Of a stretch of DNA of 64,000 nucleotides, positions 43,795 to 54,205 are shown piece after piece. A model generated the notes under the pieces. That model was not told where the DNA came from and did not search any database. It saw only the letters and a program-made list of their open reading frames with translations. Each line of letters starts with the position of its first letter. Position 1 is the stretch's first letter. The stretch is from Candidatus Poribacteria bacterium. Lineage in GTDB: Bacteria; Poribacteria; WGA-4E; WGA-3G. Where the stretch lies: contig CBDCOJ010000016.1 in NCBI GenBank assembly GCA_965219695.1, positions 32,360 to 96,359 on the forward strand, read 5' to 3'. A program made the position numbers and the translations under genes.

Positions 43795-45642
43795 ATGGAA
43801 ACCCACTATTCTCAACTCAGTGATCACCTATATATACATCACGGACATGTTAACACCGGTATTCTTCGTAATGGGAACCGCGCGCTCTTGATTGATCCAA
43901 GTGGATTAACTCTCCAAACAACTCTCACCGAATTGGGAATTACCAACGTAGCACAAATTCTATATACACATCATCACCGCGATAGCACGGTGGGGTTTGC
44001 AATTCCAGAGAATGTGCGTGTCGGCGTGCCAGCAGCTGAGGCACAATGGTTTTCTGAGGTCGAAACCTTTTGGAACGATCCAAAATACAGATGGCATCTC
44101 TACAATTGCCACCCGCACAATCTCATGCTCGCCAATTCTATCCATGTGACAGATACCTACGCGGAGGGCGCGCAGTTTGAGTGGGGATCAGCATCTATCA
44201 GAGTGCTTGATACACCCGGACATACTGACGGCAGTGTTACCTACCTGATTAGTGTTGACGACAAACGTTTCGCTTTCACAGGTGATCTCATCTACGACGA
44301 AGGTAAAATTTGGGAGCTCTATAGCTTACAGAAGGGACAGCAAACTACCGACTATCACGGATTTTTAGGTGCGCGAGATGAATTGAAAGATAGTCTTGAA
44401 AAGGTTCGCCAGTCATTGCCAACGGCACTTGTTCCGACACACGGTGTCGTCATGAAAAATCCTGATGCTGCAATCAAGAAACTTTTTGAACAATTGGATT
44501 ATTGTTATGATAAATATGTATCTATCTCTGCCCTCCGCCACTATTTTCCGCAATTGTTTGCCGAATTTGATGGGCGTGCTGACCACATGCCAATTCGAGA
44601 AGGTAAACCTCCCCCTGATTTCTTACGTCACTTCGGCACGACATGGCTGATTATCTCTGAAAATCGTGAAGCGTTTGTGATGGATTGTGGTTCACCGAAT
44701 ATCATCAAACAGATTCAGCAGTTGCAAGCAGACGGTGATATTGCTGAAGTTACGCAGTTTTGGGTAACACACTATCACGATGATCACGTGAATGCTATCC
44801 CCGAATTTCAGGGAACCTTTCCGTGTGAAACGATAACAGATGTGATTGTTGCTAAAGTTATTGCCAATCCGAAGGTTTTCCGATTACCTTGTATTTCTCC
44901 TGCTGTCACACGTGTGGATCGCGCTACCAGTGATGGCGATTCATGGCAGTGGAATGAATTCAAGATGACTGCATACCATTTTCCGGGACAAACATATTAT
45001 CATGGTGGATTGCTCGTTGAGGGGCGCGGGGTACGGATGTTTTTTGCTGGTGATTCATTTACAATGGCGGGAATTGACGATTACTGTTCTGGTAATCGGA
45101 ATCTACTTGGTAAGGAGGTCGGTTATGAGAATTGCCTGCGGCGCATTCAGCAACTTAAGCCTACACACATTTTCAACTGCCATGTTGATCCTGCGTTTGA
45201 TTTCACCGATGAAGAGATTGCCTTTATGTTAGACACACTTGCTGAACGTGAAAAATGTTATACTGATCTCTTTCCTTGGGATCACGCAAACTACGGCATG
45301 GACGATCAGTGGGTGCGATGTTTACCTTATGAACAGGAAGTTGCATCCGGTGGAACAGCACATTTGCGCGTAGAGGTAACGAACCATTCAGATGAGCCGT
45401 GCACTGCAACTGCACAACCAATTCTTCCCGCATCATGGGGTATGGAAATCACTCCCGCAGAGACAACTATTCCCCCGAAAACTGATGGACATATTAAGTT
45501 TTCTATCCCTATTCCACAACGTTCTCAGTTGGAGGGGTTTGCACCACCGATAGGACAGATTGTAATTCCTGTTGAAATGACCTACAATAACATGCCTTTA
45601 GGGCAATTTCGTGAAGCGATCTTTGTTCTCACGGGAGGTTAA
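43795..45642 (+). CDS. Tandem metallo-beta-lactamase-fold protein
   Basis: 615 aa with two MBL cores (YTHHHRDS ... TPGHTDGS, and THYHDDHV ... FPGQT). Confidence 0.8.
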   Translation: METHYSQLSDHLYIHHGHVNTGILRNGNRALLIDPSGLTLQTTLTELGITNVAQILYTHHHRDSTVGFAIPENVRVGVPAAEAQWFSEVETFWNDPKYRWHLYNCHPHNLMLANSIHVTDTYAEGAQFEWGSASIRVLDTPGHTDGSVTYLISVDDKRFAFTGDLIYDEGKIWELYSLQKGQQTTDYHGFLGARDELKDSLEKVRQSLPTALVPTHGVVMKNPDAAIKKLFEQLDYCYDKYVSISALRHYFPQLFAEFDGRADHMPIREGKPPPDFLRHFGTTWLIISENREAFVMDCGSPNIIKQIQQLQADGDIAEVTQFWVTHYHDDHVNAIPEFQGTFPCETITDVIVAKVIANPKVFRLPCISPAVTRVDRATSDGDSWQWNEFKMTAYHFPGQTYYHGGLLVEGRGVRMFFAGDSFTMAGIDDYCSGNRNLLGKEVGYENCLRRIQQLKPTHIFNCHVDPAFDFTDEEIAFMLDTLAEREKCYTDLFPWDHANYGMDDQWVRCLPYEQEVASGGTAHLRVEVTNHSDEPCTATAQPILPASWGMEITPAETTIPPKTDGHIKFSIPIPQRSQLEGFAPPIGQIVIPVEMTYNNMPLGQFREAIFVLTGG

Positions 45643-45646
45643 AATC

Positions 45647-46066
45647 GTGCTAAACTTATCACATCCTACTGTTGACATCGCAATTACTTGTAGTAACTTT
45701 GATGAGTCATTGGATTTTTACCACAACAAATTGGGGTTTGAGATTGTGATGGACTTGGAGATTCCAGCGAATCTTGCGCAAGATGTAGGACTTGCACCAA
45801 CAGGCTTTCGTCAAGTCCGCCTTAAAGCAGGCAACACACTTATCAAACTGATGGATATTCAGGAGCCTCCGTCAACACCGACAGACGAATTCTCTGCAGG
45901 TGTTCGTTGGCTCACCTTTTTTGTTGCGGATATTGAGAAAACTGTTAAAAACTTAAAACAGAACGGAGTTGTATTTCTATCCGAACCGATAAGCGCACCT
46001 GATGCAGCAGGTGTTGTGTGTGCAAAAGACCCTGACGGCATTCTAATTGAACTTGTGCAGATATGA
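45647..46066 (+). CDS. VOC (glyoxalase/bleomycin-resistance) family protein
   Basis: GTG 45647 lies 6 nt after gggagg. Motifs are FYHNKLGFEIV and a second beta-alpha-beta-beta-beta half (CAKDPDGILIELVQ). Confidence 0.75.
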   Translation: MLNLSHPTVDIAITCSNFDESLDFYHNKLGFEIVMDLEIPANLAQDVGLAPTGFRQVRLKAGNTLIKLMDIQEPPSTPTDEFSAGVRWLTFFVADIEKTVKNLKQNGVVFLSEPISAPDAAGVVCAKDPDGILIELVQI

Positions 46067-46074
46067 GAGGCATT

Positions 46075-46948
46075 ATGAAGGCACTAACTGATTCTCAAAT
46101 TCATGACTTTAACGAAAACGGATATCTTCTTATTGAAGACGCACTCGCTTCCTGAAGATTTAAACCCGTTAATATCGGAGTTTGAAGAGATTGTAGACGC
46201 GGGTGCATCGCAACTCTATGCAGATGGAAAAATAGACTCCGAATTCAAAACGGAAGGTTTTGATACGCGTTTAGCAAAAATCACTGAACAATCCCCCACA
46301 GTATTTCAAAAGGTGTTTAGTGGCGCACATACCGGACCGGCGCTCTTTGATCTATTAGTTAATCCGAAACTACTTGACATTGCAGAGGCACTTGTTGGAC
46401 CGGAGATTATGTGTCATCCTGCCTACCGTGTACGTCCCAAACTGCCAGAACATGACCGAACCTTAGTACCATGGCATCAAGACGCAGGATATATGGAGCC
46501 GCGATGTGATTCAGTTTTACAACTTACAATCTGGATTCCGCTAATAGATGCAACCGTTGAAAACGGCTGCCTTGAAGTCATTCCACACGTACACCGTGAT
46601 GGTGTATTCTTACATCGCCCCTCTGAACGTTTCTATCTTGAAATCCCAGATGATGCGTTACCAGATGTAAAACCTGTAGTCGTTCCTGTGAAATTTGGCA
46701 GTGTCTTGTTGTTCACCAATTTGACACCGCACCGTTCCATTCCAAATGTTAGTAACCAAGTGCGGTGGAGCGTTGATTCACGGTATCAGGATGCTGCGAA
46801 ACCGACTGGGTATCAACCAGAAGCAGGTTTTCTGGCAAGAAGCAAACTAAATTCTGATGATGTTGTTTCCACGCCAGAAGAATTTAAGCGGATTCGCGAT
46901 GAACATCAACCCGGTCCAGGTCCAAATCGGTGGGCGAAAAAGGAGTAA
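46075..46948 (+). pseudogene. Phytanoyl-CoA dioxygenase (PhyH) family gene with a frameshift near codon 25
   Basis: ATG 46075 gives MKALTDSQIHDFNENGYLLIEDALAS-stop (TGA 46153), a typical PhyH N-terminus. The body continues in the 46103 frame (LPEDLNPLISEFEEIV...WHQD...H). One extra nt lies around 46141-46150. Confidence 0.65.
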
Positions 46949-46949
46949 A

Positions 46950-47444
46950 ATGATACGCAATTTCAAATTCTTAGCTCCATTTTTCATCGTTGTTGCTCTA
47001 CTAATAAGTGGTGCTAAACCGACAACCGAAGTGCCGAAACCGAAAGGCGTTGAACTCCACGGTAAAATCGTTTGTTTAGCGGAAGAGATGCATACGCACT
47101 ATAAAGCTGAACTCTCTGGCGAGCATGAACATCTATACGGTGTAAAGACCAAAGATGGAAAATATTATACGCTCCTTCGGACATCGTTATCCGAGGCGTT
47201 GTTTGTAGACAAAAGATTGCATGAGAAAGATTTGATTTTCAACGGTCGCGTCTTTCCGAAAACACAATTGGTGGAGGTAATCCGCATTAGATCCATCCGC
47301 GATGGTGTTGTCCATGAACTTTACTACTACTGCGATACATGCTACATCCGCGCAGTTGCACCGGGGAATTGTGATTGTTGTCAGGCACCAGTAGTTCTGA
47401 TAGAAAAACCGCTAAATGTTGATTCCTTAGTCCCTTCCCCTTAA
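46950..47444 (+). CDS. Secreted hypothetical protein with C-terminal Cys cluster
   Basis: ATG 46950 follows aaaggag. It has a signal/TM segment and ends CDTC...CDCC. Confidence 0.6.
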   Translation: MIRNFKFLAPFFIVVALLISGAKPTTEVPKPKGVELHGKIVCLAEEMHTHYKAELSGEHEHLYGVKTKDGKYYTLLRTSLSEALFVDKRLHEKDLIFNGRVFPKTQLVEVIRIRSIRDGVVHELYYYCDTCYIRAVAPGNCDCCQAPVVLIEKPLNVDSLVPSP

Positions 47445-47544
47445 TTCATTTGCACCTCGCCAAAAGTGCATGTTATAATAATCAAAAGTTGTCGTATAGT
47501 GTATTAAATCGTGGTATGCTCTGCCACCTATCGTTATCCACGGC

Positions 47545-47676
47545 TTTTATAGTGAAATCCAAAAATATGTTTACACTCCCTGGTAGGTGCGGTTTCTAAC
47601 CGCACGATTTACACAGGTTCGGTTAGGAAACCGAACTTACCGTCATGTATAAATAATTATGGATTCTACTATAAAA
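47545..47676. mobile_element. MITE-like element (short form)
   Basis: The TIRs are ttttatagtgaaatcc and ggattctactataaaa. The interior holds acactccctggtag plus two HP-2 hairpins. It is the same element as 19303-19506 without the extra modules. Confidence 0.75.
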
Positions 47677-47841
47677 TTGTAACCTATGAACTTTACTCAC
47701 GTTCTAAAGTAGATAAAAACGAGTAAATTATAGATTTCCTAAAAAATTCGAACCTTTTCTGACTTAATCCGTCAAATATAACAAATTCAAAATAGAATAA
47801 AAAATACACAAAAACAGATAAATTAAAATAGGAGAAAAATC

Positions 47842-48183
47842 ATGAAAACTCAAGTCCACGAGAAAAATGGGATCACGATTTTAAAACCTAATGGAAAAAT
47901 AATGGGAAACTCCGTAACAGAATTCAAGAAAACTATCTCGCCGCAGATAGAGGCTTCCAACAAACCTCGCATCCTCATCAATTTGGAGGGTGTTGATAAG
48001 ATGGATAGTTCAGGGCTCGGTGTCCTTATCGGTGCGTATGCTGCTGCAACACAGAAGCAAGGTCGTATAGGGATTATCCATGTCGGAAAAAACATCAAAA
48101 ATCTGATTGTTATTAGCCGACTTGTAAGGCTCTTTGAACATTTCGACACTGAGGAAGCTGCTCTCTCTGCACTGGCAGCTTGA
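47842..48183 (+). CDS. STAS-domain anti-sigma-factor antagonist (SpoIIAA-like)
   Basis: 113 aa with the conserved phospho-serine context VDKMDSSGLGVLIG. Confidence 0.85.
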   Translation: MKTQVHEKNGITILKPNGKIMGNSVTEFKKTISPQIEASNKPRILINLEGVDKMDSSGLGVLIGAYAAATQKQGRIGIIHVGKNIKNLIVISRLVRLFEHFDTEEAALSALAA

Positions 48184-48197
48184 TAGACCTATCCCTA

Positions 48198-48242
48198 TTT
48201 GGAGCGTCCATGGTCTTGCTATGTGACGCTCCAAACTTTTTT
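48198..48242 (+). terminator. Rho-independent terminator
   Basis: 11-bp stem tttggagcgtc/gacgctccaaa followed by a TTTTTT run. Confidence 0.7.
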
Positions 48243-48433
48243 GGACACAATAGATTTTTTATTTCTATGTGTCTCTAACCCGCACAATTATCCCACCGAA
48301 GCTCTCTTCAAAAAACTATATCTACTGTCTATTTCAAAATAATCTGTAGGACGGCCGTCAACTTAAACACATAATTACCCGATTATCTATTGTTGGAAGA
48401 CTATGTAAACTTCAACCTATGAAATCGGGCTTA

Positions 48434-48557
48434 CGAAGCCCTCCTACAAGAGTACTTCGCGACAATTGAATGGCACTGAGAAATGTAGCAAAAGATTCTG
48501 GATAATGTGATATAATGTCCTACAGTTTAAAAGTCGCGACCTGGAAGTCGCTCCTAC
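48434..48557. repeat. Two diverged REP copies ending in CCTCCTACAA / CGCTCCTACAA
   Basis: aatcgggcttacgaagccctcctac (48434-48458) and gtcgcgacctggaagtcgctcctac (48533-48557). Confidence 0.7.
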
Positions 48558-48682
48558 AAAAGAGGTGTTAGCATATTTTATAATACATCAAAGTTTGGAT
48601 TTATCCCTTTCAAACATACAAGTCACTGTAAAATAAAATTGATGGAAGCGATGAATCCGGCGTGAAGTTTAAAGGAGGAAGC

Positions 48683-49876
48683 ATGCAAAAACGCCCAAAA
48701 ATTGCTGCAATTGCGACAATATACCACAAATACTCACATGCACAGCACATCGTTGATCGGTTCTTGGAAGGATACGGATGGAATAGCAGGCACCATTATC
48801 CACCGATGGACCTTGTCTCGCTCTACGTTGAACAGGTCAAGGATAACGATCTGAGTAAAGATAGATTAGAACGTTTCCCTACGATGAAGGGATATCCTAC
48901 AATCGCTGAAGTGCTTACTCTTGGCGGCGAGGAATTGGCTGTTGATGGTGTGATACTCATCGGTGAACACGGCGAATATCCGTCTAACGAAAAGGGGCAA
49001 CGTCTCTATCCACGCTATGAACATTTCAAGCAGATGATTGAGGTGTTTGAACGGAGCGGACGTGGTGTGCCGATATTCAATGATAAGCACCTTTCATGGA
49101 ATTGGGGGTGGGCGCGTGAGATGTATGACATTTCCCAAGATATGAACTTCGCCTTTATGGCTGGGTCTTCACTGCCCGTTACGTGGCGCACGCCGTCAAT
49201 TGACATGCCGCTTGGAACTTCTGTGTCAGAAGCGGTGTGTGTTGCTTATGGCGGTGTGGATAGTTATGATTTCCACGCGTTAGAAACGTTGCAGTGTATG
49301 GTAGAACGGCGCGAAGGCGGTGAAAGCGGTGTGAAATGGCTACAAGCATACCGTGGCGACGCGTTTTGGAATGCACACCACTCCGAAGTGTGGTCAAGGG
49401 AACTCTTTGAATCCGCGCTCTGCCGGAGTCATACGCTTACGCCATCACGACCAGGGTTTAACAATCCATTTCCCACACTGGACGAGATGAAGGAAATTGT
49501 GAAAGACCCAATTGCGTATCAGTATGAACACCAAGACGGACTTAAGTCTACAATGATTCTAATGAACGGATTGGTGCAGGATTTCAACTTCGCAGCTTAT
49601 ATTGGATCTGAGAACGAAATTCTTTCAACACAGATGTATCTGCCGATGCCCCCTGCACGGACAACTTTAGCAAACTTCTTCTCGCCACTTGTTAACAATA
49701 TTGAGAAAATGTTTTTGACTGGTGAAGCAACCTATCCTGTTGAACGCACATTGTTGACGACAGGTCTTGTTGCAGCAGGCGTTGATAGTTTGTTCGCTGA
49801 TAGTGCCAAACAAGAGACACCGCATTTAGACATCGCCTATCAAGCCACTGAAGAATCAACCTTCTGGAGGACATAA
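48683..49876 (+). CDS. Conserved hypothetical protein, paralog A
   Basis: ATG 48683 follows aggagg. It shares long motifs with 49881: IGEHG(E/D)YP.NEK.Q.LYPRY..F, VPIFNDKHLS, AGSSLPVTWR.P, HALE..QCMVERR.GGE.GV. I do not recognise the family. Confidence 0.75.
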   Translation: MQKRPKIAAIATIYHKYSHAQHIVDRFLEGYGWNSRHHYPPMDLVSLYVEQVKDNDLSKDRLERFPTMKGYPTIAEVLTLGGEELAVDGVILIGEHGEYPSNEKGQRLYPRYEHFKQMIEVFERSGRGVPIFNDKHLSWNWGWAREMYDISQDMNFAFMAGSSLPVTWRTPSIDMPLGTSVSEAVCVAYGGVDSYDFHALETLQCMVERREGGESGVKWLQAYRGDAFWNAHHSEVWSRELFESALCRSHTLTPSRPGFNNPFPTLDEMKEIVKDPIAYQYEHQDGLKSTMILMNGLVQDFNFAAYIGSENEILSTQMYLPMPPARTTLANFFSPLVNNIEKMFLTGEATYPVERTLLTTGLVAAGVDSLFADSAKQETPHLDIAYQATEESTFWRT

Positions 49877-49880
49877 AGAT

Positions 49881-51056
49881 ATGAAACGAATTGCTGTCAT
49901 AACCACTATCTACCGTTATCTATCACATGCGCAACATTTTGCAGACCGTTTTCTTGTCGGATATCCGAAAGAGGGAAGATGGCACCGTCCGAATATGAAA
50001 GTCGTCTCACTCTATGTTGACCAGAAACCAGAGGGCGAGCAGAGCGAAGACCGCGCCAGAGAATTTGGCTTTTCTGTTTATCCTACCATTGCCGAAGCGC
50101 TCCGATGTGGTGGCGATAAGCTTGCAGTGGACGCAGTACTTCTGATCGGTGAACATGGCGACTATCCTACGAATGAAAAAAGCCAAGTGTTATATCCTCG
50201 TTATGACTTCTTCAAAGAATGCGTCAAGGTTTTTGAAGAAGATGGAAGGACTGTGCCTATCTTTAACGACAAACACCTCTCCTACAGTTTTGAAAAAGCG
50301 CAGGAGATGGTAGATGATGGACATCGACTCGGTTTTGGCGTGCTTGCGGGATCATCACTACCTGTTACGTGGCGATTGCCCGATGTGGAATTGCCGTTGG
50401 AGTGTGAGATAGAAGAGGCTTTGATGGTAGGCGTTGGCGGTTCAGATCCGATGGATTATCACGCTTTAGAGGCGATGCAATGCATGGTTGAACGCCGAAA
50501 AGGCGGCGAAACAGGGGTTGCTGCTGTGCAATTAATTGACGGAGAGGAAGTTTGGAAAGCAGGTGAAGATGGACGTTGGTCTCTGGAATTGTTGGAAGCA
50601 GCACTTTCAAGAAGTGATACACCGTGCGGCTTGACGGATGAAGACGGTAGAACGCAAGATATGATTGGTAATGGTGAACTTCAGAGACTTGTTCAAAATC
50701 CGTCTGCCTATTTCATTGAATATAACAACGGATTGAAAGCAACACTTCTGATGCTCAACGGTGCTGTGCGGGATTATTGCTTTGCAGCGAAACTCAAAAA
50801 CGAATCGGTACCAATATCAACGCAGTTTTTCTTAACGCCTACACCAAATGTCACTTATTCAGCATGCCTCATCGCCAAGATTGAGGAACTTTTCGAGACA
50901 GGTATCGCACCGTATCCTGCAGAACGCACCTTGTTGGTAAGTGGTACATTGGAGAGTTGTTTGACTTCACGTCATCAAGGACATGTCCGTTTAGAAACAC
51001 CACATCTTAACGTGCAATACCGCGCACCTGCGGAATCCCAATATGCGCGGAGTTAA
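49881..51056 (+). CDS. Conserved hypothetical protein, paralog B
   Basis: 391 aa. Tandem paralog of 48683-49876, separated from it by 4 nt. Confidence 0.75.
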   Translation: MKRIAVITTIYRYLSHAQHFADRFLVGYPKEGRWHRPNMKVVSLYVDQKPEGEQSEDRAREFGFSVYPTIAEALRCGGDKLAVDAVLLIGEHGDYPTNEKSQVLYPRYDFFKECVKVFEEDGRTVPIFNDKHLSYSFEKAQEMVDDGHRLGFGVLAGSSLPVTWRLPDVELPLECEIEEALMVGVGGSDPMDYHALEAMQCMVERRKGGETGVAAVQLIDGEEVWKAGEDGRWSLELLEAALSRSDTPCGLTDEDGRTQDMIGNGELQRLVQNPSAYFIEYNNGLKATLLMLNGAVRDYCFAAKLKNESVPISTQFFLTPTPNVTYSACLIAKIEELFETGIAPYPAERTLLVSGTLESCLTSRHQGHVRLETPHLNVQYRAPAESQYARS

Positions 51057-51088
51057 TTTACAGCGAGCACGTTAATACAGGAAAATAT

Positions 51089-54000
51089 TTACTTCCTTAT
51101 CAGCGTTTTGCGCGTGGCTGTAAATTTCCCTGCTGTGAGTGTGTAAAAATACACACCACTTGCCACAGACTCACCCTGTGCATTTTTGCCATCCCAATGC
51201 GCCGCCCGGCTCCGCTGATGATAAATGCCAACCGGTTGATGCCCCAAATCTAACAACCGAATAAGTTTACCATCCGCGGCATAGATTGAGATATGAACAT
51301 CAGCGGGTGTTGCGAGTTGATAAGGTATCCACGTCTCAGGATTGAACGGGTTGGGATAGTTGGGCAGGAGTGTTGTCTCTTTCGGTGTGAATGCTGCCAA
51401 CAGTTGTTGCAAAACGATGATACCACGTTGAAAATCAGGGTCAGCTAAGTTGAGTTTACGCGCTTGCTGTAGCCATGCTTCCACCGTTGTGCGTGTCGGT
51501 ATAGCATATCCCGAATGATGATATAGTCGCGATTCGGAGATCGCTCCTACAAATATGTTATTACCCCATACTGCAGGCGCGGAGGTGTTCGTCTTCCCGA
51601 TAGCAGCTGCAACCAGTGCCAAATCAACGATATTCACAACACCGTCCCTGTTGATATCCGCAGCATTTTACCCGTTTTGCCGAAGTTAGCCGCAATAAAT
51701 GCCAAGTCCAAAATGTTGACAACGCCGTCCTCATTCACATCTTCGGGCAGGAACATCGGTTCGGTGATCTCTGTGGATGTGATGATTTTGGGTTTTGTGC
51801 TATTGCCAACGCTGTCCGTCAATAACACATCAGATAAGCTGACGGTAGAGGCTTTCGTCGCGACTACCGAAAATGTAATCGTAGCGAGTGTGCCGTCATT
51901 ATTGCTTTCCTCTCCGAAAGTTGTTGCTGCAAGCATTATCCTGTCTCCATCAACAACTGTCGGGATAACATAAGCAGTATTAGGCAGATAATCGCCATTA
52001 CGACTTTCAACATATCGGAGCATGGCAGGGTCAAAATGCACTGTCGCTTGATACCCCGCCACATTTTGCCCGCCACCGATATTTATGGATAAGGTAAGCT
52101 GCTGACCGATAACAGGAGATTCTACGCTGATGGGAGAAAGACCGACTGTGGTGTTTGTTGGTATGTGAGGTGCAAGGTCCCACAAGAGGATTGTTCCATC
52201 ACTGCTGCCACTTGCCAACGTGCTGCCATCTGCACTGAACACGACACTATTGACCGATCTGTGGTGTCCTGTGAATGTGCGTAACAGCATACCATTTGGG
52301 ACATCCCACAGACAGATATGTCCATTATCACAAGCACCCGCCAGTGTGCTGCCATCTGGACTAAACGTTATACTTCCAACACCATCTGTATGTCCAACAA
52401 ATGTGTGCAGAAGTGTGCCTGTTTTGACATCCCATAGAAGGATATTATCGCGATTACTAACACCTGCCAGTATATTCCCATCCGGGCTAAAAGCTATGCT
52501 CCCTGTACTGCCCGCTTGTTTTGTAAGCACGCGCAAATGTTCGCCAGTTTGGACATGCCATAAACGGATCGTTTTATCAGAACTGCTGCTTGCTATCACA
52601 TTGCCATGTGGACTCATCGCAATGCTGTTGATAGGAAGCGTATGTTCTGTCGGATGGAATCCAGGCTCATAACTATAGGCTGGCGGTGGTGGCGCATTAT
52701 ACGCTTTGATCATGTGTAGTGCCGAACCTGTTTCCACATCGAACAGACAGATGATGGAGCTCCTTAATCTTCTTGACGGATTATAGTCCCCCGTGAGTAT
52801 TTGACACACCACCGTCTTGCTGTCCGGACTGAATGCCACGCCTCCAACTTCACCTACAATATTTATGAGCGTGTGCCGTTCCGTGCCTGTGTCCGCATCC
52901 CATAAACGTAGCGTGCCGTCATCACCGCCGCTTGCGATTGTTTTGCCATCCGGACTAAACGCCACGCTGTTGACATCATCTGCATGTCCGATGAAGTCGT
53001 GCTGTTTTGTGCCGGCGTTCACATGCCACAACAGCAGCACGTTGTCCCAACCGCCACTTACGAGCGTGTTCCCGTCTGGACTGAACGCCATGTTTTCAAA
53101 CCCATGTATATGTCCTGTGATGCTGCGCCGTTCCCAGCCAACGCGACCATTCAAGCCGGTGATGTCGTTCCATAAATGGATTGTTCCGTCCCTACTCCTA
53201 CTTGCCAATGTGTTATTATCCGCACCGAACACGACATTCGTAATAGAACTCGTATGCCCTTTTAGCACGTAGCGCGGGTATAGGTCTGCTACACGCCACA
53301 GATGGATGGTATTGTCCCGACTTCCACTCGCTAATGTTTTACCATCTCGACTGAACGCAACGCTAATGACACTATCCGTATGCCTTGTTAGGGAACTCTG
53401 CTGTGTGCCGGTTTGGACATCCCAAATACGAACAGAATTGTCGGAACTCCCACTTGCGATGAGATGCCCATCTGGATGAAATGCAACGCTACTGACCCCT
53501 TTGGTATGTCCTTTAAACTCGCGCAGTTGGACGCCGGTATCCACATCCCACAAACGGATGGTTTTATCAGAACTTGCACTCACGAATGTCTTGCCATCCG
53601 GACTAAATGCAACGCTATTGACCGATCTCCAGTGCCGTCTGATGACGTACAGCTGCCTACCGGTCTCTACGTCCCATAAACGGACGGTAGAGCCAACACC
53701 ACCACTCACGAGCATCTTGCCATCCGGACTGAACGCGATGGCGTTGACACTTGGATGACTATGCCCCCAGAACCAGCGTATTTTCGCACCTGTTTCCACA
53801 TCCCACAGACAGATGGATCTATAATCAATGTCACTTACAAGCATCTTGCCATCCGGACTGAACGCGATGGTATGGATCGGACTTTTCCCATCTGTAATGA
53901 AGTTTAGTTCTTCGCCTGTTTGTGGGTCGTATATCCAAATACCGATTGCGCTTGCTACCGCAAGTTTCGTGCCATCTGGGGAATATGCGATTTGATATGA

Positions 54001-54132
54001 CTTGCCTTTACCGAGCCGCATCTTCGCGCCTTCGGGTAGATGCCATTGCGGTGAATCTTGGGCGAGCGTGTTGGGCATAAATATGAGTATTATGAACAGT
54101 GCTGTTAAAATAGGATATAGTGTTTTTTTCAT
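51089..54132 (-). pseudogene. Secreted WD40 - cohesin-like - dockerin - T9SS C-terminal-domain protein, split by a 1-nt frameshift (or assembly error)
   Basis: ORFs 51634-54156 and 51089-51637 join if the A4 run (plus-strand T 51666-51669) is read as A5. That restores two dockerin repeats: DVNEDGVVNILDLAFIAANFGKTGKNAADINRDGVVNIVDLALVAAAIGK. The tail NYPNPFNPETWIPYQL...GVYFYTLTAGKFTATRKTLIRK resembles a Por-secretion (T9SS) sorting domain. Start ATG 54132 follows aaaggag. Confidence 0.7.
51526..51550. repeat. REP-A copy inside the reading frame of the dockerin/T9SS segment
   Basis: gtcgcgattcggagatcgctcctac. It is translated in frame as ...FVGAISESRLY.... Confidence 0.85.
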
Positions 54133-54205
54133 CGGTGCATGCTCCTTTTGTAACAATATTCTGTCGGGTTTCGCAAACTCTACCCGACCTACAGGAATAG
54201 ATACC

